From Candidatus Cloacimonadota bacterium (GTDB lineage: Bacteria > Cloacimonadota > Cloacimonadia > G963667145), in contig OY762940.1 in the NCBI GenBank assembly GCA_963667255.1, positions 556,510 through 620,509 of the forward strand: a stretch of DNA of 64,000 nucleotides. Reading direction: 5' to 3'. Position numbers and translations under genes: made by a program. Below, in pieces: positions 55,875 to 64,000 of this stretch. The stretch's first letter is position 1; each line of letters starts with the position of its first letter. The notes under the pieces were generated by a model. It ran no database searches. It was not told the DNA's origin and saw only the letters and a list, made by a program, of their open reading frames with translations.

Positions 55875-56378
55875 TTAAAAATCAACGGAAAGGCTTACCT
55901 TTTGTTCTTCCGGTTGGAACTCCAAGCGAATTTCCTTTTTCATTATGTAATAGTTGTATAGTCGTGCATCTACAAAGGCGTCCAGCATAGAATAAAGTGT
56001 AATCCCTATAACCCAACCGATGTAACTCTGTCTTTTGTCGTAAAAGTGTTCGTAGAGAGCTTCATGTTCACTTTTCTTTATTTTTTGTAGCTCTTTGTTG
56101 TTCTCGTAGGCTTTGCCCAGATGGTGCACGAAAAGTCCTGCAACCACGAACCCTTTCAAATAACTCTTGCAATAAAACTGCCCGCCTCCGGGTATGACAG
56201 CAGAGAGGAGCAACGCTTTATACGAATTTTTTGTGTCAAAAAGATATTTCCCTTCCACCTTATTGGGACTAACGGATTTCCCGTCATCGATTTTTTCAAT
56301 TTCGTCTTTGGTGCTTTCTTGCAAACCCGACAAGATACCGAAGATTAACAAAAAAATCAGAAGTAAACTCTTTTTCAT
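55875..56378 (-). CDS. DUF5683-like membrane protein
   Basis: Has a signal/TM segment and the SAVIPGGGQFYCKSYLKG motif, which resembles DUF5683 proteins of FCB-group bacteria. Confidence 0.5.
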   Translation of the reverse strand: MKKSLLLIFLLIFGILSGLQESTKDEIEKIDDGKSVSPNKVEGKYLFDTKNSYKALLLSAVIPGGGQFYCKSYLKGFVVAGLFVHHLGKAYENNKELQKIKKSEHEALYEHFYDKRQSYIGWVIGITLYSMLDAFVDARLYNYYIMKKEIRLEFQPEEQKVSLSVDF

Positions 56379-56902
56379 CCCAAGTAGCGTTCCTGTTCGC
56401 TATAGATGCACCCGCAATATTGCTGACGATACATTTCTTCCTGCTTGGACATTTCTATGCCTTCTTTCCAATAAACTCTCAAATCAGTGTCCAAAAATTC
56501 GACACCATATTTTTTGGCAAGATTTTTGCCAATTTCCACGATTTTATCGTGATTTTGGAACTTGCTATACAAAAGAGTCGTGGAGAAGTAGTCGAAGTTT
56601 CCGTTTTTGGCAACAATTGCAGTGTATCTCAGCCTTTCGTAATAACAAATTACACAGCGACTATTTTCTCGGAAACACATTTTTTGCAAGAAATTGTTCA
56701 CTTCATATTCGTCCTTGATAATCGATTTTATCCTGTTTTCCCCAACAAAATTCTTGAGACAGTTCAACCGTTTTTCGTATTCCGTGTAGGGATGAATATT
56801 GAAATTCGACCAAAAAGCGGTGATGTCAAACTCCTCTCGCAGATGATGATAGGGAGCAATAAAGCACGGAGCACAGCAGACATGCATCAAAAGCGATTTC
56901 AT
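56375..56902 (-). CDS. queH: Epoxyqueuosine reductase QueH (DUF208)
   Basis: Has LLMHVCCAPC at the N-terminus and the C-terminal QQYCGCIYS cysteine pattern. Confidence 0.8.
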   Translation of the reverse strand: MKSLLMHVCCAPCFIAPYHHLREEFDITAFWSNFNIHPYTEYEKRLNCLKNFVGENRIKSIIKDEYEVNNFLQKMCFRENSRCVICYYERLRYTAIVAKNGNFDYFSTTLLYSKFQNHDKIVEIGKNLAKKYGVEFLDTDLRVYWKEGIEMSKQEEMYRQQYCGCIYSEQERYLG

Positions 56903-57010
56903 TTTTTGTCTATCAAAATTAGCGGTTTCGCCCCGAATCTATTCAGCAGGCGATTCCCGATGATGATGTCCGCACAGGCTATTAGCAATAGAATATACAG
57001 TTTTTTTCGA

Positions 57011-57508
57011 TTAATTTTCATCTTTCTTCAATTTCAAAAATGGCTTGATTGCCTTTTCGCAAATTCTCCAAAATTTTGTAAGAAAAAACTCTTTTTTCCG
57101 TAGAGGGTCCAAAAGAATTGTGGTCAAGTTTAGATTGTTGGCAAAGTAAATATCCGTAATGAGATTGTCGCCGATGAACAGAGTTTTTTCGGGATTTATT
57201 TTCTCGCTGATGATTGTTTGGACTGCACTCTTTGTGCAGGGTTTGTGACAATTTCCATAAGCCTTGACGGGAAGATTGGCACAACTCTTTTCTATTCTTT
57301 TTTGCTTGCCGTTGGAGAAAACGAAGAGGCGAAATTTTTTGCTCAAGGTGTTCAGTTTCTGGGCAATTTTATAAGGAATTTCTCCGCTCCAAGCCGTCAG
57401 CGTGTTGTCGTAGTCGAAGATAATGGTCTCGTAGTGGACGAAGTTGCTAAAGTCGATTTTGTCCAAAGAAGAGTAGTAATGGTCTGGGCGGAATTTGTCG
57501 AGTATCAT
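57011..57508 (-). CDS. HAD-superfamily (YqeG-like, subfamily IIIA) phosphatase
   Basis: Motif I is FDYDNTL, and the C-terminal part has GDNLITD. Confidence 0.7.
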   Translation of the reverse strand: MILDKFRPDHYYSSLDKIDFSNFVHYETIIFDYDNTLTAWSGEIPYKIAQKLNTLSKKFRLFVFSNGKQKRIEKSCANLPVKAYGNCHKPCTKSAVQTIISEKINPEKTLFIGDNLITDIYFANNLNLTTILLDPLRKKEFFLTKFWRICEKAIKPFLKLKKDEN

Positions 57509-58188
57509 TAATACAGATGTTCCAAAAGGTCGTTGAATAGGCTGTTTATACCGAGGCTGATGCTGTAAGTTTGGTAGGTTGTTTTGAGATTATAATAGTC
57601 AGCATTTCCGGTTTCTTTGCCTTTGGAATCCAAAATGTTATGAGCGAAACCGGAGTTGTCGGCAGAGAAGTTCTTGAACATAAATTCTATGGAAATATCG
57701 GAAAAAACAAGAGCCCCGATGCCGAGTCCGAAATATGAACCGTCTTCTAAGTTGCCACTATTGTAAGGGCTACTGCCTTTTTGGAAGGTCATCCCTTGAT
57801 GATAAATGGCGTAACAGTCTATTTTCCCTTTGTAGTTGTAAAAATGGATATTGCTCATAAAATACACGGGAATAAAGTAAAAATCCCCGAAACTGCCACT
57901 GGAAGTGGGGACTTGGAAATTGACACCTGCTCCCAAATCCAAAATCCAAACTCTGGAGAACAACTCTATGCCACAGGAAAAAGTGTTGTAATCTTTGGTC
58001 TTAGGGTTAAAAGTGGAGTCAATCACAGTGGATACAGGTGTATAGTCGATGTTTAATTTTCCCGATTCCAAACTGCTCTTTGCTCGGAAAGTCAAAGGGA
58101 AACTGTCCTTGAAAATGGTTTTCAAACGACTTTCGGAATGCAACAGGCAAGCGAATGTGAATAAAATAAAGAGGGCAGTTTTTTTCAT
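57508..58188 (-). CDS. Putative small outer-membrane beta-barrel protein
   Basis: Has a signal peptide (MKKTALFILFTFACLLHS), an alternating strand pattern and an aromatic C-terminus (...EHLY). Confidence 0.5.
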   Translation of the reverse strand: MKKTALFILFTFACLLHSESRLKTIFKDSFPLTFRAKSSLESGKLNIDYTPVSTVIDSTFNPKTKDYNTFSCGIELFSRVWILDLGAGVNFQVPTSSGSFGDFYFIPVYFMSNIHFYNYKGKIDCYAIYHQGMTFQKGSSPYNSGNLEDGSYFGLGIGALVFSDISIEFMFKNFSADNSGFAHNILDSKGKETGNADYYNLKTTYQTYSISLGINSLFNDLLEHLY

Positions 58189-58205
58189 ATAAGTTTTCTA
58201 AAAAA

Positions 58206-58282
58206 TGGCGTCCCCGGACCGATTCGAACGGTCGACCTTTTCCTTAGGAGGGAACTGCTCTATCCTACTGAGCTACGGGGAC
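58206..58282 (-). tRNA. tRNA-Arg (anticodon CCT), CCA encoded
   Basis: The minus strand folds as GTCCCCG-TA-GCTC-AGTAGGATA-GAGC-A-GTTCC-CTCCTAA-GGAAA-AGGTC-GACCG-TTCGAAT-CGGTC-CGGGGAC-G-CCA. There is one G-A mismatch at the top of the anticodon stem. Confidence 0.9.
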
Positions 58283-58521
58283 ATAAATTGGTTCATTATT
58301 CTTTGTAGTTTGAACCAACTTCAACTCATTTTATTTTGCTTATATCAGGCAAGGAAATTTTGTTTTTTTTAGTTAAGAAATTTTTTATTGTCCATTTTTG
58401 CGAGATAGAAGAATTGTTATTTAGCTTCTCTGAAAAATGGGGGAAAAGAGTCAGCTCAAAAAACGCTTGACAGTTTACTGAAATAATCGGACTTACTTGG
58501 CAAAAAAGTAGGGGGTGAGTG

Positions 58522-59727
58522 ATGAACAATTTGACTGAAAAGTTGTCTGCCTTGGCAAGTAAAGGCGAACGCTCTCTCATTAGAGAAATTTTGAAATTGC
58601 TGGATAAAGGCGATGTTATTTCGTTTGCTGGAGGTCTCCCGTCGCCAGAGTCTTTTCCGACTGGGGACATCAGCAAGGTTACAGCCAAGATTTTGGCAGA
58701 AGAGGGTGAAATCGCTTTGCAATACGGAGCTACCGAGGGCGACAAGATTTTGTGTGAGCAATTGGCTCTTTACAATAACCGCAAGGGATTTGGCATTAAA
58801 CCCGAAAATGTTTTGCCGACAGCTTCGTCTCAACAGGCGTTGGATATTATCGGGAAGATGTTTTTGGATGCGGGCGACAACATCGTCATGGGGCTTCCGT
58901 CATATCTCGGAGCGATTAACGCTTTCAAGGCTTACAATCCGAACATTATCGGAGTCAAGCATGACGAAAAAGGTTTGTCGGCTGATGGGTTGCGAAATGT
59001 TTTGAAGGGGTTGCAAGCGAAAGGGGAAAGAGCTAAATTTGTATATCTTGTTCCCGATTTCCAAAATCCAGCCGGAATCACTATGCCATTGGACAGAAGA
59101 GTGGAGATTTTGGCAATCGCCAAGGAGTTCGACTTGCTTATCATCGAGGACTCTCCTTATTGCGAGATTCGTTTTTCCGGCGAACATCAACCGACCTTTT
59201 ATAGTTTGGACGACATGGGACGAGTTTTGAATTTGGGCACTTTTTCCAAAGTGTTGGCTCCGGGATTTCGTTTAGGTTGGATAATCGCTTCTACAGAAAT
59301 TTTGGATTCCGCCATCGTGGTAAAGCAGACGATGGATTTGTGCACCAGTCCGTTCATTCAGAGGATTGCCGGACGATATATGGAAGCCGGATATCTTGAG
59401 GCGAATTTGGGAGGTATCATCGATTCCTACGGGAAAAAAGCTCAAACAATGTTGAAAGCGTTTGAGGAGTTTATGCCAAAAGGCGTTACTTGGACGACTC
59501 CCGAGGGCGGATTGTTTCTATTCCTAAGATTGCCCGAAAATATTGATACCGAAAAGCTTTTGGAAGTGGCGATTAGAGATTACAAAGTCGCTTTTGTTCC
59601 GGGAGTTGTTTTTCATTGCGATGGCTCCGGCAGAAATACCATGCGAATGAATTTTTCTTACGAATCGGAAGAGACGATACGCGAAGGTGTGAAGCGACTG
59701 GCTGAGGCTATCAAGGCGAATATGTGA
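58522..59727 (+). CDS. Class I/II PLP-dependent aminotransferase (2-aminoadipate/aromatic aminotransferase-like)
   Basis: Has the GGLPSPESFP, NPAG and FSKVLAPGFRLGW (PLP Lys) motifs. The start could be the ATG at 58522 or the GTG at 58519, after GGGGGTGAG. Confidence 0.85.
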   Translation: MNNLTEKLSALASKGERSLIREILKLLDKGDVISFAGGLPSPESFPTGDISKVTAKILAEEGEIALQYGATEGDKILCEQLALYNNRKGFGIKPENVLPTASSQQALDIIGKMFLDAGDNIVMGLPSYLGAINAFKAYNPNIIGVKHDEKGLSADGLRNVLKGLQAKGERAKFVYLVPDFQNPAGITMPLDRRVEILAIAKEFDLLIIEDSPYCEIRFSGEHQPTFYSLDDMGRVLNLGTFSKVLAPGFRLGWIIASTEILDSAIVVKQTMDLCTSPFIQRIAGRYMEAGYLEANLGGIIDSYGKKAQTMLKAFEEFMPKGVTWTTPEGGLFLFLRLPENIDTEKLLEVAIRDYKVAFVPGVVFHCDGSGRNTMRMNFSYESEETIREGVKRLAEAIKANM

Positions 59728-60392
59728 TGATGAAGTGTAAATTTTGCGGACTAACGATAATTGGCGACCCAACTTTTTGCAAGGGTTGTCGCAAGTCAAC
59801 GGGACTTTTGAGGAACGAACTCAGTGCCATCAAGTCGTTGCGATTTTCTTTTGGAAATGTGAAGTGGAAAGAGCATCGTTTGCTTAGTGCCTTGCTCCTT
59901 TTGCCTTTTCTTGCTTTTGTGTTTTCGTTGTTCTTTTTCGACTACTTGCCATACTATTGCGGGTTAGTAGTTTTTCTACTGCTGTTTTTGTCGCCATTGG
60001 CACAGGACAAAGTTTGGCTCAAGAAGATTTATAGATTTGTGCCGTTTTCTTTGACTTTTGTCGCTTACATTTTTCTTCTTCGTCTCATTTGTCAGGGCGA
60101 CCCGATATTGAATTTGGTTTACTTCATTATGTGCAATTACGGGCTAAGCCTTTCTCTACCCATTGTTTATAAGCTTGGCAAAGGCTGTTCTCTTCGCCAA
60201 TCTTTTTCTTGGAGTTTTAAGACGATAAAAGAGAGCAGATGGCAACAGATGTTTTTGCTTTGGGCTTTGTTTGCCCTCAATCTGTTGGCGATTTTGCCTG
60301 TTGGTTTGGGACTATTTTTTACCCTGCCTCTTTCTTATCACGCTATCTCTCACTATGGCGAGCAGTTGGAAGAGCATTACAAATCCTTATAG
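59727..60392 (+). CDS. Membrane protein with an N-terminal zinc ribbon
   Basis: Has CKFCG...CKGC followed by several TM segments. The start overlaps the aminotransferase stop as TGATG. Confidence 0.5.
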   Translation: MMKCKFCGLTIIGDPTFCKGCRKSTGLLRNELSAIKSLRFSFGNVKWKEHRLLSALLLLPFLAFVFSLFFFDYLPYYCGLVVFLLLFLSPLAQDKVWLKKIYRFVPFSLTFVAYIFLLRLICQGDPILNLVYFIMCNYGLSLSLPIVYKLGKGCSLRQSFSWSFKTIKESRWQQMFLLWALFALNLLAILPVGLGLFFTLPLSYHAISHYGEQLEEHYKSL

Positions 60393-60401
60393 ATAGACAA
60401 T

Positions 60402-61295
60402 ATGAGCGGGACTAACACGGAAATTATATTCATCCACGGCTTAGGGCAGAAGTTGCCTGAGGAGATTTTGCTTTCTTGTTGGCGAAAGTTCTTGCTTGCC
60501 AGTCAGATTGACATCCCCGAAGAGACTATGAGTATGGCTTATTGGGCGGATTGTATCCCAAATCATATTCCGGAAAGCATCCGGCCATCCACAGACAAAG
60601 CGGTTGAGGATTTACTGGATTTTGTGTCTGCGAACAAAGACAGTTTTCATGTCGGCACAGGAGATGAAGTTGACAAATTTTTCGCTCACAAGGGGAAAGA
60701 GCTGATAAGCATTTTAAACTCCGCAATAGTCCTCAAGGAAAACATTATCAGTTCCGTGTCTCAGGACGCAAAATATTATATCAACGATTCTCATATTGGG
60801 CAACAGATGCGAGGGATTTTGCTCTCCAAAATTGTTTCCGCTTGGGAGAGAGACAAAAAAGTGGTGGTTATCGCTCACAGTTTGGGTTCTGTGATTGCTT
60901 ACGATTTGTTTTGGCAATTGTCATATCGTGCTGAATATGAAGAATATAGAGATAAAAAAATTGAAGCTCTTTTTACACTCGGTTCGCCACTGAGCAACGA
61001 AGAAATTTTGGCAAATCTTCTTTCGTCATCTTATCGCAAGAAAAGTTCGTTTTATCCCACAAATATGCAAAATTGGTTCAATTTTTCTTGTCTCGGAGAT
61101 GTCGTTACTCACAATTCGAAAATCGGAGAAATTTTCTTGGAGCCAATGAAAAACTTGGGTCTTTTGCAAGATATTCGAGATTATAAAAATCTGTATAATC
61201 CGTATGTTTGCTCGGGGTATCATAACCCGCACAAATCCTATGGCTATCTTGTTCAACCCAAATTAACTAAGTGCTTGAATAAAATTTTATTTTAA
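60402..61295 (+). CDS. Alpha/beta-hydrolase-like protein (lipase/esterase fold)
   Basis: Has a nucleophile-elbow-like VVVIAHSLGSVIAYD and the N-terminal IFIHGLG. Confidence 0.55.
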   Translation: MSGTNTEIIFIHGLGQKLPEEILLSCWRKFLLASQIDIPEETMSMAYWADCIPNHIPESIRPSTDKAVEDLLDFVSANKDSFHVGTGDEVDKFFAHKGKELISILNSAIVLKENIISSVSQDAKYYINDSHIGQQMRGILLSKIVSAWERDKKVVVIAHSLGSVIAYDLFWQLSYRAEYEEYRDKKIEALFTLGSPLSNEEILANLLSSSYRKKSSFYPTNMQNWFNFSCLGDVVTHNSKIGEIFLEPMKNLGLLQDIRDYKNLYNPYVCSGYHNPHKSYGYLVQPKLTKCLNKILF

Positions 61296-61412
61296 GCAAA
61301 AAATATAGCAATTTTTTCATTTTGTTGTGAATTGATAGTTGAAAATCTTGAAACTTGGGCGGGTATTTTAGTTTTTACCGCCTATTTGTAAATTATTTTA
61401 GGAGTATATGCA

Positions 61413-62948
61413 ATGAAAAAAATTGGAGAAATTGTTAAGGGTAAAAATAGAATTAAAAGTTTGTTATTGTTCCTAATTGTAAGTTCGGTCTTTTTAAATA
61501 TTTTAACATTAGATTACAGCCATGATTGGGGAGGAGATTTTGCTGGATATGTTGGTCAAGCAAATGCTCTTGTAAATGACAATGTTGAGAAATTCATAAA
61601 AGATTCGGAATTTCGATGTATGTTTTCTGAATCGAAGGTGATAGGTCCTGTCGCTTATCCTTGGGGATACCCTCTAATTTTATATTTTCCCATCAAAATT
61701 TTTGGAATAAATTTTTTAATTTTAAAAGTAGTAACTTTCATTTTTTTTATTGCTTCTTTATTTATAATTTATTTTTTGTTCAAAAATGAAATATCCAAAA
61801 TAAATAGTTTGTTATTGATACTTATTTTTTCGGCTTCACCTTTCTTTTTTAGTTTTAAACAAAATGTGTTATCAGATATTCCTTCTCTGTTTTTCGCACT
61901 ACTTTCCCTTTTATTAATAAAAGTAATTTACTATAATGATGTAAACAAATTATCTCACAAAAAAGAATTTTTTCTATTGATTCTATTAGGACTGTCTATT
62001 TTTTTGAGCCTATTCATAAGAACAAATTTAATTATTCTTCTACCTTTAATGTTTATAGTTCAGGTATTAAAATATAAAAAGACAATAGTGAATAAGAAGT
62101 ATATATTTCATTTTCTTTTACCGTATTTAATTGTTGGTTTTTCCTATATGCTTACAACTATAGTTTTGCCAATTTCATCATATTCTAGCGTATTATCCTT
62201 TGGGCTTTTTAAACTATTCCCAATAAGAGCCATAAGAAATATTTATTTTTATTTGTATGTTTTTAGTATTTTTTGGGGGAATTGTTCAGAATTTTCTAAA
62301 CTAATGATGAGAGCTAATATATATGGTTTGGATTTATTTGCAGTAATGCATGGATTTTTTTCAGTTTTTTTTGTAGTAGGATTTTTGCACTCTGCAAAAG
62401 AAAAGTCTTTTTTTGTATTTTTTTTCTTAATTTCTATCGTATTGTTTATATGTTTTCCTTATTTACAAGGATTAAGATATGTTGTAACATTGATCCCTTT
62501 TTATTTATTATTTATATTTAAAGGAATTCTAAAAATAAAATTTAACAAGATAATTGGAGTTAGTTCTCGGAAGATTTTGTATTATGTTTCGTTGCTTTTG
62601 TTTTTGTGCTTTTTCATTCAAAATATTGGGTCTATTGTTGTTGGGAAGACTAAGTATGCAAATAAAGTTGATGGTCCTTTTTCAGAAACTTCTCAAGAAT
62701 TGTTTTCTTATTTAAAGAAGAATACTTCTCAAGATTCAATTATAAGTTTTTTTAAACCAAGGGTTCTTTATTTTTTTACAAAAAGAAAATCTTTTGAAAT
62801 AAATAGTGTCCCCTATTTTCAAAAAGTTAACCCTAACTATTATGTGTTTTATAAAGGTGGCGATCAAAAAATGCATTTATTTTTGAAAAATAATTATAAG
62901 CTAATTTTTGAGAATAGATGTTTTGAAGTTTTCAAAATATTTGATTAG
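61413..62948 (+). CDS. Polytopic membrane protein, GT-C-fold (ArnT/PMT/GT39-like) glycosyltransferase candidate
   Basis: 511 aa with more than 10 predicted TM helices. The first extracytoplasmic loop has Asp/aromatic residues (LDYSHDWGGDFAGY), and there is a soluble C-terminal domain. The gene is extremely AT-rich. Confidence 0.45.
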   Translation: MKKIGEIVKGKNRIKSLLLFLIVSSVFLNILTLDYSHDWGGDFAGYVGQANALVNDNVEKFIKDSEFRCMFSESKVIGPVAYPWGYPLILYFPIKIFGINFLILKVVTFIFFIASLFIIYFLFKNEISKINSLLLILIFSASPFFFSFKQNVLSDIPSLFFALLSLLLIKVIYYNDVNKLSHKKEFFLLILLGLSIFLSLFIRTNLIILLPLMFIVQVLKYKKTIVNKKYIFHFLLPYLIVGFSYMLTTIVLPISSYSSVLSFGLFKLFPIRAIRNIYFYLYVFSIFWGNCSEFSKLMMRANIYGLDLFAVMHGFFSVFFVVGFLHSAKEKSFFVFFFLISIVLFICFPYLQGLRYVVTLIPFYLLFIFKGILKIKFNKIIGVSSRKILYYVSLLLFLCFFIQNIGSIVVGKTKYANKVDGPFSETSQELFSYLKKNTSQDSIISFFKPRVLYFFTKRKSFEINSVPYFQKVNPNYYVFYKGGDQKMHLFLKNNYKLIFENRCFEVFKIFD

Positions 62949-63101
62949 GAAATTTGGATAAGTTTTTAATTTATAACTTTAACATGGGCAAAAAGTTAAT
63001 TATTCTTAAAATTTTACTGAGAAACTAATTTTACTTGACTTGGATAACTGCTTAATTTTTTTGGTTTGGCAAGAAAATATTAAATTGAAGGAATTTGCAT
63101 A

Positions 63102-63380
63102 ATGGTTAAGTTAAGATTGAAAAGGATGGGCAGAAAAAATATCCCGTTTTACAGAATTGTGGCTGTTGATAGTCGCAAAAAACGAGATGGAGCATATATA
63201 GAAGCCTTAGGTTATTATAGTCCCAAAAGTGAAGATGATAGGGTAAAAATTGATGCGGTGATTGCTAAAAAATGGCTCAATTTGGGTGCTCAGCCTACAG
63301 ATACAGTAAAATCTCTGTTGAGAGAAGAAGGTATTCTCAAGGGTTGGCACGAAGAAAAAGTTGCTGCGGCTAAAAACTAA
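63102..63380 (+). CDS. rpsP: 30S ribosomal protein S16
   Basis: Has [30 protein letters not shown], the canonical S16 N-terminus. Confidence 0.95.
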   Translation: MVKLRLKRMGRKNIPFYRIVAVDSRKKRDGAYIEALGYYSPKSEDDRVKIDAVIAKKWLNLGAQPTDTVKSLLREEGILKGWHEEKVAAAKN

Positions 63381-63382
63381 GC

Positions 63383-63619
63383 GTGCAAACGAAAGAGCTG
63401 TTAACTGTATTAATAAGTGAGTTGGTTGATTTTCCTGCTGAAGTTGTCGTTGAAGAGTTTGATGGAGATTTCGGGGAAATTTTTCAAGTGAAATTAAATA
63501 AAGAAGATATTGGGAAAGTTGTCGGGAAAAAGGGTAAAACTGTTTCCGCTTTGAGACAATTGTTCAAGAGCATTGCTCGCAAAAGTGGAAAGTCGTTCGA
63601 GTTGGAGATAGTTGAATAA
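63383..63619 (+). CDS. KH-domain RNA-binding protein (YlqC/UPF0109)
   Basis: 78 aa with GKVVGKKGKTVSALRQL (the KH GxxG loop) and the conserved position after rpsP. Confidence 0.8.
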   Translation: MQTKELLTVLISELVDFPAEVVVEEFDGDFGEIFQVKLNKEDIGKVVGKKGKTVSALRQLFKSIARKSGKSFELEIVE

Positions 63620-63635
63620 TTCGAGTGTAATTGTT

Positions 63636-64000
63636 TTGGCTTCTTTTCGAGGTTATTTGTTGAGTTCGGAAAGATTTGTGAGGCTGAAACTAAATAGAAG
63701 TTGGCATAGAAGTGTTAGTAAAAGTGACTATTTTTTGTTACTATTCGGTCGGGAGATTAGATACTTGGACAGTTTTAGATTGGAGTATCCCGAAGAGAGT
63801 GACGAGGCTTGTATAGCGATAGATGACGAGGATTTGGTGCAAGAGCTTTTGCAGTCCAAAAATGTTGGTTTGGGTTTATTGAAGAAAGATTACCAAGGTT
63901 TGACTTCCGATGGTTGTCCCTACAGCGGATTTGAGGTTTATTATCAAGACGAATTGATGGGCAAGGTTCTCGGTTATAGCAATGAAAGTGGCTTGCCTGT
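63636..64000 (+). CDS. rimM: Probable 16S rRNA processing protein RimM, 3' end outside the window
   Basis: The frame is open from 63612 to the window end. It ends with a PRC-barrel-like YSGFEVYYQDELMGKVLGY and sits in rpsP-KH-rimM synteny. The N-terminal part is divergent and the start is uncertain (TTG at 63612 or 63636). Confidence 0.4.
   Translation, partial: MASFRGYLLSSERFVRLKLNRSWHRSVSKSDYFLLLFGREIRYLDSFRLEYPEESDEACIAIDDEDLVQELLQSKNVGLGLLKKDYQGLTSDGCPYSGFEVYYQDELMGKVLGYSNESGLP

Overview
The window is 64 kb from a diderm bacterium. By eye it looks like an uncultured FCB-group or Cloacimonadota-like lineage, judging from the outer-membrane beta-barrel candidates, GLUG and DUF5683-like proteins and several genes with weak or absent Shine-Dalgarno sequences; I could not verify this without a database search. 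Most of the window is a densely packed housekeeping backbone: dapA, ftsY, rpsT, apt, purH, alaS, mreBCD-mrdA-rodA, hpt, ispG, plsC, rsfS, argS, dpaL, bioYMN, rsmD, purA, prmC, trxB, queH and rpsP-KH-rimM. It also holds two tRNAs (Thr-CGT, Arg-CCT), a BtuF/FecB-type ABC uptake operon and a DUF1007/NicO metal transporter pair.

The clearly accessory part is an AT-rich segment of about 5.5 kb (34.2-39.7 kb) between plsC and the LytR_C/rsfS/argS block. All of its genes are on the minus strand:
- a Dam-family methylase plus a DUF3883 (PD-(D/E)xK-like) nuclease
- a 6-TM voltage-sensor-type channel with an RCK domain and a non-canonical pore, coupled to a small triple-repeat protein
- a class II Fic protein preceded by a 26-bp palindrome

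This segment has a repeat architecture that the gene calls do not explain. The 3' end of plsC is duplicated (54 nt, 43 of them identical), and a 91-nt element is also duplicated. The result is two tandem units of the form [plsC tail]-cargo-[91-nt element], each with a different cargo. No integrase or transposase is visible.

Other oddities:
- a frameshifted acyl-ACP thioesterase
- REP-like palindromes upstream of alaS
- an acidic protein with three kinds of repeat
- a GH13-like protein that seems to lack catalytic residues
- a tRNA-Thr with a TCC rather than TTC T-loop
- a very AT-rich GT-C-like membrane protein gene

No CRISPR array, rRNA or recognisable transposon was seen.
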